A DNA stretch of 64,000 bases from the NCBI GenBank assembly GCA_964598655.1, contig CAZRCT010000012.1, forward strand, positions 101 to 64,100, given 5' to 3'. The stretch is from an uncultured Gemmatimonadaceae bacterium (GTDB lineage Bacteria; Gemmatimonadota; Gemmatimonadetes; Gemmatimonadales; GWC2-71-9). The notes beneath the pieces were generated by a model. The model was not told where the DNA came from, ran no database searches, and saw nothing but the letters and a program-made list of their open reading frames with translations. Below, piece by piece: positions 9,200 through 18,491 of this stretch. How positions within the stretch are numbered: the stretch's first letter is position 1; every line of letters starts with the position of its first letter. Made by a program: the position numbers and the translations under genes.

Positions 9200-9695
9200 C
9201 CTCGGCGCCTGCCTCGCCCTGGCCCTCGGGGCCCTGCCGGTGGCCGCGCAGGACGGCGTCGGGTCCCTGACGGAATACTCGGCGATGGTGCAGGTGGACC
9301 ACCTCTGGGTGGACCACGGGGTGGCCACGCCCGAGGGCGTGACGCTCCGGCTCTCGCGCTACCAGCCCAATCGGGTGATCCCGACCTTCGGGGTGGGCCT
9401 GCTCGGGAGCGACCTGGCCGACGTGGGCGTGGCGTTCACGGGCGAGGCGGGCGCGGGGTACCTGGTGGGGAACGGACGCGCCGGATTGCTGCTGCACGCT
9501 GGCGTGCTGGGGTTGCTGGCGCCGGGGAACCGCACGGGCGGGGTTGGCGGGTACCTCGGGGCGGCCCTGATCTACCGGTTCACCGCGGGTCTCGGCGGCC
9601 GGGTGGACGTGGCGCGCCGGTACTATCGCCTCGACGGGAACCCGGCGGCGTGGTCCGTGTCCGTCGGGCTTGGCGTGGTACCGCGGGTCAGGTAG
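9180..9695 (+). CDS. hypothetical secreted Gly-rich protein (possible small beta-barrel)
   Basis: Signal peptide MRRPSRSLGACLALALGALPVAAQDG; high GC3; no recognisable family motif. Confidence 0.5.
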   Translation: MRRPSRSLGACLALALGALPVAAQDGVGSLTEYSAMVQVDHLWVDHGVATPEGVTLRLSRYQPNRVIPTFGVGLLGSDLADVGVAFTGEAGAGYLVGNGRAGLLLHAGVLGLLAPGNRTGGVGGYLGAALIYRFTAGLGGRVDVARRYYRLDGNPAAWSVSVGLGVVPRVR

Positions 9696-10440
9696 GGCGG
9701 GCGGACGGGCAGAGCGCGGCGAGGACGCACTCGCCGCAGCGCGGCCGGTTGGCGATGCAGGTGCCGCGGCCGTGCATGATGAGCAGGTGCGAGATCAGGG
9801 TCCAGTCGTCCTGCGGGACCAGCCGCATCAGGTCCTGCTCGATCTTCACGGCGTCCTGCTGCGTGGTGAGGCCCAGCAGGTTCGAGAGCCGGGTGACGTG
9901 GGTGTCCACCGTCACCCCGGCATTGATCCCGAAGGCATTCCCCAAGACCACATTGGCCGTCTTCCGGCCCACGCCCGGCAGGGCGTGGAGCTCGTCCATG
10001 GTGCGCGGGATCTCGCCGCCGTGCTGCGCCACCACGGCCTGCGCCATGGCGATGAGGTTCTTCGCCTTGTTGCGGAAGAAGCCGGTGGACTGCACCAGCG
10101 CCTCGACGTCCGCCTGCGCGGCGCGCGCCAGCGCCGCGGGGCCGGGATACCTCGCGAAGAGCGCCGGCGTCACCATGTTGACGCGCGCATCGGTGCACTG
10201 CGCCGAGAGGATGGTGGCCACGAGCAGCTCGTAGGGCGAGGTGTGCTCGAGGGCGCAGTGGGCATCGGGATAGGCCTGCTTGAGGCGGGCCAGGAGCTCG
10301 CCGATGCGGGCGGCGGCGGGCGGGAGGCGGCGCTTCGCGCCCCTGGCCGGCGCCGTGGCGGCCTTCTTCCTTGCGGGAGTCTTGGGCTTCCGGCCCGTGG
10401 CCTTCGCGGGCTTCGACCGTTTCGCGGCCTTCCTCGCCAT
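9688..10440 (-). CDS. nth: endonuclease III (DNA glycosylase/AP lyase) with Lys/Ala/Pro-rich N-terminal tail
   Basis: HhH-GPD core …LPGVGRKTANVVLGNAFG…VDTHV…, C-terminal 4Fe-4S cluster loop C-x6-C-x2-C-x5-C (CIANRPRCGECVLAALC); ~48-aa basic tail MARKAAKRSKPAKATGRKPKTPARKKAA…. Confidence 0.9.
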   Translation of the reverse strand: MARKAAKRSKPAKATGRKPKTPARKKAATAPARGAKRRLPPAAARIGELLARLKQAYPDAHCALEHTSPYELLVATILSAQCTDARVNMVTPALFARYPGPAALARAAQADVEALVQSTGFFRNKAKNLIAMAQAVVAQHGGEIPRTMDELHALPGVGRKTANVVLGNAFGINAGVTVDTHVTRLSNLLGLTTQQDAVKIEQDLMRLVPQDDWTLISHLLIMHGRGTCIANRPRCGECVLAALCPSARPT

Positions 10441-12170
10441 CAGCTCCCCCGCCGCCTGGCCACGTGGGCGAGGAAGCCGTCCACGGTCCGGGTGTTCAGC
10501 ACGTCGGCCTTCGTGAGCCAGCCCTTCCGCGCGATCCCCACGCCGAAGTCCACGTTCCGCAGGCCCGCGAGGTTGTGCGCGTCGGCGCCGATCGAGATGG
10601 CGACGCCCAGGTCGCGGGCCTGGCGGACGAGGCGCCAGTCGAGGTCGAGACGGTGCGGGTCCGCGTTGATCTCGATGGCCACGCCGGTCTCGGCCGCCCT
10701 GGCCAGCACGCGCTCCATGTCCAGCGGGTAGGGATCGCGGGAGAGGAGCAGGCGGCCGGTCGGGTGACCCAGGATGGCCAGGTGCGGGTTCTCCATGGCG
10801 CGGAGCACCCGCTCGGTCATGGTCTCGCGGTCCAGGTTGAAGCGGCTGTGGATGGAGCCGATGACGAAGTCGAGCCGGGCCAGCACGGCGTCGTCGTAGT
10901 CGAGGGCGCCGTCGGCGAGGATGTCGGCCTCGATGCCCTTGAGGATGCGGAAGCCGGCGAGGCGCGCGTTGACGGCGTCGATCTCGTCGGCCTGGCGGGC
11001 GAGGTCGTCCACGCTGAGTCCGCCGGCGTAGGCCGCGGCCTTGCTGTGGTCGGTGATGCCCATCCAGGCATAGCCGGCGGCGCGGCAGGCCTCCGCCAGC
11101 TCCAGCACGGTGTTGGAACCGTCGGAGGCGGTGGTGTGGCAGTGGAGGAAGCCCACCAGGTCGCCCCGCTCGAGGAGCGCCGGCAGCGGCCCCGCCGCGG
11201 CGGCGGCCACCTCGCCGCGGCCCTCGCGGAGCTCGGGGGGGATCTCGGCCAGGCCGAGGGCGGCGTAGAAGGCGGCCTCGTCGGCGGTGGGGAGGAAGGT
11301 GCTGCCCTGCCAGAGCGCGGCGCCGTCGAGCGCGAAGCCGCGGGCACGGGCGTGCGCCGCCAGCTCGGCCAGGTGTTCCTCGCTTCCGGTGGCCTGCACG
11401 AGCACGGCCCCGACGTTCTTCGGCGTGGTGACCACCACCTGCGCCTGTGCGCCGCCGCTCACCTTGAGCGTCACGCGGCGCTCATCCTGGCCCGCGAACT
11501 CCTGCACGCCGGGCAGCTCGCCGATGCGGCGGAAGATGTCGGCCGGCGGCACGTCGGCCACGAGCACCACCACGACGTCGCGCACCACCTCGGTGCGGCG
11601 GCGCACCTCGCCGGCGATGACGGCCTGCGCCACGCCGGGCAGCGCGGCGAGCGCGGCGCGGAGGCCCTCCGCCTCCTCCAGCGCGTGGTGCGCCAGCTTG
11701 AAGGCGCTGGCCTGCCGCAGGAAGGCGATGCCCTTGAGGATGTTGTCGGCCGTCTTGGCGCCGAAGCGGGGCAGCCGGGCCAGCCGGCCGTCCCGCGCGG
11801 CAGCCTCGAGCTCCGGCAGGGTGTCGATGCCGAGGGTCTCGTGGATCTGGCGGATCTTGGCCACGCCGAGGCCGGAAATCTGGAGCATCTCCACGAGGCC
11901 GGCCGGCACCTGCTCGCGCAGCTCCTCGAGGAGGGAGGAGCGGCCGGTCTGCACCACCTCCTGCACGATCTGCAGCGTGGCCGGCCCCACCCCCTTGGTC
12001 TCGGCGAGCGTCCCCTCGGCCAGGGCCGTGCTCACCTCGCCCGGGAGGGCCGTGACGGCCTTGGCGGCCGTGCGGAAGGCCCGCACCCGGAAGGGATTCT
12101 CCCCCTTGAGCTCCAGGAACGACGCGATCTGCTCGAGAACCTGCGCCACCGCCTTCTTGTCCATCGCCAC
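10440..12170 (-). CDS. family X DNA polymerase with C-terminal PHP domain (PolX)
   Basis: N-terminal HhH/8-kDa-like region (…FLELKGENPFRVRAFRTAAK…), Pol-beta-like core, PHP motifs (…FLHCHTTASDG…, …GITDHS…, …HPTGRLL…, …GADAHN…); GTG start immediately after the stop of the upstream gene; stop shares a base with the nth start. Confidence 0.9.
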   Translation of the reverse strand: MAMDKKAVAQVLEQIASFLELKGENPFRVRAFRTAAKAVTALPGEVSTALAEGTLAETKGVGPATLQIVQEVVQTGRSSLLEELREQVPAGLVEMLQISGLGVAKIRQIHETLGIDTLPELEAAARDGRLARLPRFGAKTADNILKGIAFLRQASAFKLAHHALEEAEGLRAALAALPGVAQAVIAGEVRRRTEVVRDVVVVLVADVPPADIFRRIGELPGVQEFAGQDERRVTLKVSGGAQAQVVVTTPKNVGAVLVQATGSEEHLAELAAHARARGFALDGAALWQGSTFLPTADEAAFYAALGLAEIPPELREGRGEVAAAAAGPLPALLERGDLVGFLHCHTTASDGSNTVLELAEACRAAGYAWMGITDHSKAAAYAGGLSVDDLARQADEIDAVNARLAGFRILKGIEADILADGALDYDDAVLARLDFVIGSIHSRFNLDRETMTERVLRAMENPHLAILGHPTGRLLLSRDPYPLDMERVLARAAETGVAIEINADPHRLDLDWRLVRQARDLGVAISIGADAHNLAGLRNVDFGVGIARKGWLTKADVLNTRTVDGFLAHVARRRGS

Positions 12171-12875
12171 TCAGCCCACCTCCACCGCCTGGTGCGGCAC
12201 GTGTGCGGCGCCGATGCAGGCCTTCGCCTCCGCCGCGATCGTGATGCAGCGCTCGCCCAGCTCCAGCAGCTCCTCGCCGCCCGTCACCGAGAAGAGCCCC
12301 GCCTGCGCCCCGCCCGGCATGGCCGGGGCAAAGAGCGCGCTCTGGTCCTCGCGCGCCAGTTCACGCGCGGGGTGCCCGTCCACATCCACCACCACGAAGC
12401 CCTCACTCCCCGGGTGCATGCCGCAGATGCCGAGCACGAAGAGCCCGCCGCCGGGCCACGGCCGCACGAAGAGCCCGTCGAGCGGCTGGTGCGGCTCCCC
12501 CGCGCCGAAGGCCAGCCACACCAGCCGCTCCGGCATCTGCACGTAGAGGGCACGCGGGACGGTGTCGTGCGGCACGGTGCTGCGCGGCTCGGTCAGGAGC
12601 CGCTGCACCCGCTCCCGCGACGGCCGCACCAGCCAGCCGCCCTCCGCCCAGTAGAGGTACGCATGCTGGAGCAGGGCCACGTGCTCGCGCACCGCCTCGC
12701 CGACGCCCTCCTCGGGCACGAGGTCGCGGAGGAGGGTGGCCACGGCGCGGTCGAGCACGAAGGCGTCGGCGTCGTGCGGGTCGCGGCCGGCCGCCGCCAG
12801 CGATCCCTGGATCTCGGCGAAACGGGCCTCGGCGTCGGGGCCGAAGGCGAGGTCGTAGGGGGTCGGTCGGGGCAT
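12171..12875 (-). CDS. hypothetical protein (no family recognised), first gene of the polX-nth unit
   Basis: ORF 12171..13130, start moved to MPRPTPYDLAFG (ATG 12875); strong GC3 bias; stop abuts polX GTG. Confidence 0.6.
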   Translation of the reverse strand: MPRPTPYDLAFGPDAEARFAEIQGSLAAAGRDPHDADAFVLDRAVATLLRDLVPEEGVGEAVREHVALLQHAYLYWAEGGWLVRPSRERVQRLLTEPRSTVPHDTVPRALYVQMPERLVWLAFGAGEPHQPLDGLFVRPWPGGGLFVLGICGMHPGSEGFVVVDVDGHPARELAREDQSALFAPAMPGGAQAGLFSVTGGEELLELGERCITIAAEAKACIGAAHVPHQAVEVG

Positions 12876-12940
12876 CCGCGGGTCGCTCGGGCCAGGGGGC
12901 AAACGGCCCGGAACATAAAGGGAGGGCGGCGTTCCCGCTG

Positions 12941-12969
12941 CCCGGAATCCGGGGGGGGCGGATTCCGGG
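12941..12969 (-). terminator. hairpin after alpha/beta hydrolase gene
   Basis: CCCGGAATCCG-ggggggg-CGGATTCCGGG, 11-bp stem just downstream (minus) of stop at 12976; no clear U-tract. Confidence 0.4.
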
Positions 12970-12975
12970 CGGGGC

Positions 12976-13797
12976 TCAGGGGGCCTTGGGAAGGAACCGG
13001 TCGAGTGCCTCACGGAAGGCCGGGAAGCGCTCCACGTACGGCACGTGGCCGCACTGCTCCAGCACCACCAGCTCGGCCGAGAGGCAGCGCGCCACCTCCC
13101 GGGCGGACTCGAGGGGGATGGGGTCGTCATCGCCGTGGAGCACGAGCGCCGGGATGTGGAGGCCCGGAAGCGCGGGGCGCAGGTCGTAGTCGCCGAGGGA
13201 GGCCCAGACCTCGGCGCGGGTGCGCTCGGTGACGCGGAAGGGGGTGAGCTCGCGGGCCTGGGCCGGGTCGTGGAAGTAGCCCGCGACGGCCAGCTCGAAG
13301 AGGCGCTGGGCGTGGGCGGCGGGGTCGCGCTCGCGGAGGCCGCTCTCGCGCAGGGCCACGCGGGCGGCCTGCAGCTCGGGCGTCATGGTGCGGGCGCCGA
13401 AGCGGCGCTCGAACTCGTCGCGCGCGGCCTTCCAGGCGGGGGCGGGGGAGACGAGCGCCAGGCGCGCCACCCGCTGCGGGTGCGCCAGCGCGTAGAGCAT
13501 GGCGAGCAGCCCGCCCCACGAATAGCCGGCCAGCGTGAGGGTGGAGAGGCCCCAGTGGACGCGCAGCGCCTCGAGGTCGGCCACGTGATCGCGCCACCCG
13601 ACGGACACGGTCCGCTCCACCGGTGAGGCGCCGCCGCCGCGCTGGTCGTAGTAGAGGAGCTCGCGGCCCGTGGCGAGGGCGTCGAACCCGGGGAGCAGGT
13701 AGTCGTGGTGCGCGCCGGGACCGCCGTGGAGGATCACGACCGGGGGGCCGGCCCCCACCCGGCGCTCGTGCAACGCGACCCCATTAATCACCGGCAT
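12976..13797 (-). CDS. alpha/beta hydrolase (proline iminopeptidase-like)
   Basis: HGGPG oxyanion motif, nucleophile elbow GYSWGG, C-terminal …CGHVP…. Confidence 0.85.
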   Translation of the reverse strand: MPVINGVALHERRVGAGPPVVILHGGPGAHHDYLLPGFDALATGRELLYYDQRGGGASPVERTVSVGWRDHVADLEALRVHWGLSTLTLAGYSWGGLLAMLYALAHPQRVARLALVSPAPAWKAARDEFERRFGARTMTPELQAARVALRESGLRERDPAAHAQRLFELAVAGYFHDPAQARELTPFRVTERTRAEVWASLGDYDLRPALPGLHIPALVLHGDDDPIPLESAREVARCLSAELVVLEQCGHVPYVERFPAFREALDRFLPKAP

Positions 13798-13854
13798 GCG
13801 CGGATCAACCTTCGTCTGTGGCCGGACGGCCGCGGCCGTGCACTGGCTCGTGCC

Positions 13855-14310
13855 CTAGAGCAGGACGGCGAGGGCGTCGGCGACGGCGCGCACCGCTGCT
13901 TCCTCGTCGGGCGTGAAGGGGTCGGGGACGTCGCTGTCCACGTCGATCTGCCCCAGGATGGTGGCGCCGCGGCGGATGAGGACCACCAGTTCCGAGCGGG
14001 TGAAGGTGTTGCAGGCGATGTAGTTCCCGACGGCGCGGACGTCGGGGACGTTCTGGTCCTGGCCGGTGGCCACGGCGGTGCCGCAGACGCCCTTGCCCAC
14101 CGGGATCCGGGTGTGCTCGGTCTCGCGGCCGCTCCAGGCCTCGAGCTCGAGCAGCTCGCCGTGCAGCATGTAGAGGTACACCGAGGTGTAGGGCGCGCCG
14201 GCGGCGCGGATCCGGTCGGCGGCGTACTGAAGCAGGGCCTGGCGGCCGGCGTCCTTGCAGAAGAGGCCGCGCAGGCCCGCCACGATGGGCAGCGGATCGA
14301 GCGCCGCCAT
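13855..14310 (-). CDS. GAF domain protein (free Met-R-sulfoxide reductase-like)
   Basis: 151 aa, …IPVGKGVCGTAV…IACNTFTRSELVV…GQIDVDS… typical of single-domain GAF/MsrC-like proteins. Confidence 0.75.
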   Translation of the reverse strand: MAALDPLPIVAGLRGLFCKDAGRQALLQYAADRIRAAGAPYTSVYLYMLHGELLELEAWSGRETEHTRIPVGKGVCGTAVATGQDQNVPDVRAVGNYIACNTFTRSELVVLIRRGATILGQIDVDSDVPDPFTPDEEAAVRAVADALAVLL

Positions 14311-15584
14311 CAGCCGCCCCGGCTGCCGAGGGTGACGGTGACCACCTGCTCGGCGCCGTCGCGCCGGATGCGGATCGCCACGACGTCGCCCGGCTTGTGC
14401 GTGCGGAGCACGCCGGTCATGGCCTGGAGGTCGGGGATGGGCGTGTCGCCGATCTGGAGGATGATGTCGTTGCCGCGGAGCCCGGCCTTCTCCGCCGGGC
14501 TGCCGGCGCGGACGCCCGTCAGCTTCACCCCGCCCGGGTTCTCGGCCATGTCGGGGATGGTGCCGAGGTAGGCACCGTAGCCGGCCGAGGCGGAGGGGGT
14601 GCCGGGGGCGGCGACGGGCGGCGGCACGTTCACGAAGGTGAGCGGGGTGCGGCGGTCGGCCAGGGTGCGCACCACGGCGGCGGTGAAGTCGGCCACGCGG
14701 GCCAGGCCGTCGGCGTTGATCTTCTCCCAGTCGTCGGTGGCGCGGTGGTAGTCCTCGTGCAGGTCGGTGAAGACGTGGAGCACGGGCTTGCCGGCGGCGT
14801 AGAAGGAGGACTGGTCGCTCCGGCCCCAGCCGTCGCCGCTGGCCTTGAGGTCGAAGCCGGCCGTGGCGTTGAGCGAGTCGAGCAACGGCGCGAATTCCCC
14901 CGCCGTGGCCGCGCCGTACACCAGCAGCCGGTTCTCCCGCAGGCGGCCCACCATGTCCATGTTCACCATGGCGACGGTGCGGGCCAGCGGGAAGAGCGGG
15001 TTCTTCACGTAGTAGTCGCTGCCGAGCAGGCCCGCCTCCTCGCCGCTGAAGGCGATGAACACCACGGTGCGCGCGGGTGGCAGGAGCGCCAGCTGCCGCG
15101 CGATGTGCACCAGCGCGGCCGCGCCCGAGGCGTTGTCGTCGGCGCCGTTGTGGACCTTGCCGGCGCTGTCGGGATCGAGCGCGCCGAAGGTGCCGAGGCC
15201 CAGGTGATCGTAGTGCGCGCCGACGACGACGATCTCGTTGCGGAGCTCCGGGTCCCGTCCCGGCAGCACGCCGATCACGTTGCGGGCCACCGCGCCACCG
15301 ATCCCCGCATGCACCGCCGCCGGCGCCTCGCGGGCGATGGTGAACACCTGGAAGAACCCCTGCGGCCCCGGCTTGAGGCCCACCTGCCGGAAGCGGCGCG
15401 CCAGGTAGCGGGCGGCACTGTCGGCCCCGGGGGAACCGGTCAGCCGTCCCGCCCAGGCGTCGCTGGCGAGGGTGCGGACATCGGTCAGGATGGTGACGGC
15501 GGCCTCGGTGGACTGGCCCCGGGCCGGGCCTCCCGGCAGGAGGCCACCAACGGCGAGGACGGCGAGCAGGAAGCGGGTGCGCAT
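14310..15584 (-). CDS. M28 family aminopeptidase with C-terminal PDZ domain
   Basis: Signal peptide; zinc ligand motifs VGAHYDHLG, NGADDNASG, SGEEAGLLGS, MVNMDMVG; C-terminal PDZ-like …GVKLTGVRAGSPAEKAGLRGNDIILQIGD…. Confidence 0.85.
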   Translation of the reverse strand: MRTRFLLAVLAVGGLLPGGPARGQSTEAAVTILTDVRTLASDAWAGRLTGSPGADSAARYLARRFRQVGLKPGPQGFFQVFTIAREAPAAVHAGIGGAVARNVIGVLPGRDPELRNEIVVVGAHYDHLGLGTFGALDPDSAGKVHNGADDNASGAAALVHIARQLALLPPARTVVFIAFSGEEAGLLGSDYYVKNPLFPLARTVAMVNMDMVGRLRENRLLVYGAATAGEFAPLLDSLNATAGFDLKASGDGWGRSDQSSFYAAGKPVLHVFTDLHEDYHRATDDWEKINADGLARVADFTAAVVRTLADRRTPLTFVNVPPPVAAPGTPSASAGYGAYLGTIPDMAENPGGVKLTGVRAGSPAEKAGLRGNDIILQIGDTPIPDLQAMTGVLRTHKPGDVVAIRIRRDGAEQVVTVTLGSRGG

Positions 15585-15672
15585 GGGGGAGGAAACTAGC
15601 CGGGCCGGGGGCGGGGCAGGTAGCGCGGGCCCTGTCCGCCTCGGGCGGCCCGGGCTAGCTTACGCCTGCCCC

Positions 15673-17337
15673 ATGAGTACCCCTGCCGCGATCCTCGCCG
15701 ACCTCGCCGCCGTGCTGCTTCTGCTCCGGGACCGCCCGGACACGAAGGAGGAGCAGCGCAGCGCCTTCAAGCGGCTGGCCGCCCACCTCGTCACGGGCGA
15801 CCACGTGGTACGAGTGAAGCCGGCGAGCCTCGTGTGGGACCACGTGGAGGTCCCGCTCGGGCGCGCGGAGCTGGTGGGCCTCCACGACCAGCTGCGGGGC
15901 CACGGCATCGGGGAGGTGCGCTTCCCCGTCGGCCTGATGACCAGCACCCTGGTCTCGCTCATGAAGGTGCTGGCGCAGCCGCCCGGCACCTACGGGGGCT
16001 TCGATCACCTCACGGCGCGCCTCGATGCGGCCGGGTGCGGCGCCATCCCGGTGAGCCCGCTGCCCGAGTCGGCCCAGACCACGCTTCCCGCCAGCGCGCC
16101 CTCGGCCCCGCCCCCGGCCGCGCCGCCGCTCCCGGGCCTCCCGCCGGAGCCGCAGCCCCTCGGGCCGGGCCTGGTGCGGCCGCTCTGGGAGGTCTCCCCC
16201 ACCACGACGGGCGAGCGCCCGGCCGCGCCCGGCAGCCGCACCGATCCCAAGGGCCAGCGTGTGGACGACGACGGCCGGCTCGCCGACCTCGGCCCCGATG
16301 CGCTCACCGAGGCCAAGGTGGGGATGATGCACTTCCTCACCGCCGAGATGCGGGCCGTGACGCCGCTCGACGACCTGGTGGCCCGCCTGAGCCAGGCCCA
16401 GGGCGACCGCGCCATCGGCGACCTGCTCAACCAGATCATGGCCGCCGGCGAGGCCGCCGAGCGCCGCGGCGACTGGCCGGAGGTGGTGCGCACGGCGCAC
16501 GCGCTGGTCCGGGTGGAGGCGGCGCACGCGACCGGCGGGCAGGGGCGCACCTTCGGGATCGCGCTGCGGCGGCTGCTGCCCAAGTCGGCGCTGGAGCAGG
16601 TGGCGCGGCTCACCACCCACGGCCCGCTCAAGGCCGAGGCCACGGCGGTGCTCCGGCGCATGGGGGCGGACGGGACGGAGGTGCTGCTGCTCGCGCTCTC
16701 GAATGCCGAGGACATGGCGCAGCGGCGGGCCTACTTCACCGCCCTGAAGGAGATGAGCGAGGGCACCGAGCTCATCATCCACATGCTGAGCCACGACCAG
16801 TGGTTCGTGGTGCGCAACATGGCCGACCTCTGCGGCGAGATCCAGCTCGAGCGCGCCATTCCCACCCTCAGCAAGCTCATGGCGCACGATGATGACCGGG
16901 TGCGCCGGGCCGTGGCCGGCGCCCTGGCCAAGCTGGGCGGCACCGCGGTGGTGGAGCCGCTGCGCCGCGCGCTCCGCGACCCGTCGCCGGCGGTGCGCCT
17001 GCAGGCGGCGCAGGACCTCGATGGCCGCCGCAACCGGAACCTCGCCATGAGCCTGGCGGTGTCGGCGGAGGAGGAATCCAAGCCCGACATCCAGCGCGAG
17101 ATGTACCTTGCTCTCGGCCGCATCGGCTCGGCCGATGCGCTGCAGGCCCTGAGGAAGGCGGCCGAGCCGGGCGGGAAGCTCTTCCGCCGCAAGCCGATGG
17201 CCCTGCGGCTCGCGGCCGTCGAGGGCCTCGGCCTCGCGGGGCCCTCGGCGGCCGCCACCCTGAAGGACCTCCTGGCCGACGAGGACAAGGAGTTCCGCGC
17301 CAGGGTGGAGCAGGCGCTGCAGCTGATGTGGTCCTGA
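15673..17337 (+). CDS. HEAT-repeat protein with uncharacterised N-terminal domain
   Basis: ORF 15472..17337, start at MSTPAAIL (ATG 15673); Pro-rich linker; C-terminal PBS-lyase/HEAT-like repeats (…DDRVRRAVAGALAKLGG…DPSPAVRLQAAQDL…). Confidence 0.7.
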   Translation: MSTPAAILADLAAVLLLLRDRPDTKEEQRSAFKRLAAHLVTGDHVVRVKPASLVWDHVEVPLGRAELVGLHDQLRGHGIGEVRFPVGLMTSTLVSLMKVLAQPPGTYGGFDHLTARLDAAGCGAIPVSPLPESAQTTLPASAPSAPPPAAPPLPGLPPEPQPLGPGLVRPLWEVSPTTTGERPAAPGSRTDPKGQRVDDDGRLADLGPDALTEAKVGMMHFLTAEMRAVTPLDDLVARLSQAQGDRAIGDLLNQIMAAGEAAERRGDWPEVVRTAHALVRVEAAHATGGQGRTFGIALRRLLPKSALEQVARLTTHGPLKAEATAVLRRMGADGTEVLLLALSNAEDMAQRRAYFTALKEMSEGTELIIHMLSHDQWFVVRNMADLCGEIQLERAIPTLSKLMAHDDDRVRRAVAGALAKLGGTAVVEPLRRALRDPSPAVRLQAAQDLDGRRNRNLAMSLAVSAEEESKPDIQREMYLALGRIGSADALQALRKAAEPGGKLFRRKPMALRLAAVEGLGLAGPSAAATLKDLLADEDKEFRARVEQALQLMWS

Positions 17338-17338
17338 C

Positions 17339-17372
17339 GGAAGGGGCCGGGCCGGCCGGCCCGGCCCCTTCC
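17339..17372. terminator. bidirectional terminator-like hairpin between convergent genes
   Basis: GGAAGGGGCCGGGCC-ggcc-GGCCCGGCCCCTTCC, 15-bp perfect stem starting 2 nt after the TGA at 17335-17337. Confidence 0.55.
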
Positions 17373-17408
17373 CGGTCGCGGGTGTGGTCCCGGGCTGCGC
17401 CGCGGGGC

Positions 17409-18476
17409 TCAGTGTGGCAGGAAGCTCGTTGCGCTGTCGATGCGCCGCGCAAAGGCCGCGAGCAGCCGCGCCGTGGCGTCGAGGTCCTCCAGGGCCACCA
17501 TCTCGTTGGGGCTGTGCATGTAGCGGAGCGGCACGGAGACGAGCCCGGTCGCCACGCCGGTGGCCGCGTTGAAGACGCTGTCGGCGTCGGTGGAGGTGTC
17601 GCGGCTCGAGGCCTCGATGCGGAAGGGAATGCCCTCCGCCCTGGCACTCTCCCGCAGCAGCTCGAACACCACGGGATTGACGGCCGCGCCGCGGGTGAGC
17701 ACGGGCCCGCCGCCGAGCTTGGCGTCGCCGTGCTTCTTCTTGTCGGAGCCGGGGATGTCGGTGGCGTGGGTGACATCCACCACCACCGCCACCGTCGGGG
17801 CGAGGCCGGTGGCGCCGGGCCGGGCGCCGCCGCCCGTGTAGCTGATCTCCTCGCGGCTGGTCACCGCCGCCACCACCTGGGCGCGCGGCGGCTCGGCCTT
17901 GAGCCGGCGCAGCGCCTCCAGCACCACGAACGATCCCACGCGGTTGTCGAGCGCCCGGCTCACCAGCCGGCCCTTCGGGAACTCGAGCACCCGTGAGGCG
18001 AGCACCCCGGCGTCGCCGATCTCCACCAGCGCCTCCGCCTCGGCGCGGCTGGTGGCGCCGATGTCGATCCAGAGGTCCTCGGCCTTGGTGACCTTGTCGC
18101 GGTCGTCCTTGGCGATGAGGTGGATGGCCTTCTTGCCGATGAGCCCGGGCACCCGGCCGCCGCGCGCCAGCAGCTCCACGCGCTGGCCCACGAACACCTG
18201 GTGGTCCCACCCGCCGATGGTGTCGAAGCTCAGGAAGCCGTCGTCGTCGATGTGGGTGACCATCACCCCGATCTCGTCGATGTGCCCGGCCAGCAGCACC
18301 TTTGGCGCCCCGCCCGGGTTGAGCGTGGCGAAGCAGTTGCCGGTGATGTCCACGTGCACGAGGTCGGTGAGGGTGGCCGCCTCTGTGCGCCAGGCGCGGG
18401 CCGGCAGCGCCTCGTAGGCGCTCGGGCCGGGGGCATCGAGCAGGGTCTTCAGGAACGCGAGGGAGGTTGAGTCCAT
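17409..18476 (-). CDS. M42 family metallopeptidase (glutamyl aminopeptidase / FrvX-like)
   Basis: Only the 3' 1068 nt of track ORF 17409..20813 is credible; start MDSTSLAFLKTLLDAPGPSAYE (ATG 18476); motifs …LLAGHIDEIG…, …SRALDNRVG…, …TSREEI…, …YMHSPNE…. Confidence 0.85.
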   Translation of the reverse strand: MDSTSLAFLKTLLDAPGPSAYEALPARAWRTEAATLTDLVHVDITGNCFATLNPGGAPKVLLAGHIDEIGVMVTHIDDDGFLSFDTIGGWDHQVFVGQRVELLARGGRVPGLIGKKAIHLIAKDDRDKVTKAEDLWIDIGATSRAEAEALVEIGDAGVLASRVLEFPKGRLVSRALDNRVGSFVVLEALRRLKAEPPRAQVVAAVTSREEISYTGGGARPGATGLAPTVAVVVDVTHATDIPGSDKKKHGDAKLGGGPVLTRGAAVNPVVFELLRESARAEGIPFRIEASSRDTSTDADSVFNAATGVATGLVSVPLRYMHSPNEMVALEDLDATARLLAAFARRIDSATSFLPH

Positions 18477-18491
18477 GGGCAGGGCATCCGG

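Noticed and set aside
10371-13232. 953-aa plus-strand ORF antisense to polX, the unknown gene and the hydrolase gene
   Set aside because: Same reasoning: it has no recognisable domains, and the opposite strand carries PolX/PHP and alpha/beta-hydrolase motifs.
18477-18491. Only 15 bp between the divergent start codons of the M42 peptidase and the membrane-anchored protein
   Set aside because: I do not treat this as biology. More likely the plus-strand gene starts at a downstream GTG (for example before VLVGLGALAL), or the promoters lie within coding sequence. Sequence alone cannot resolve it.
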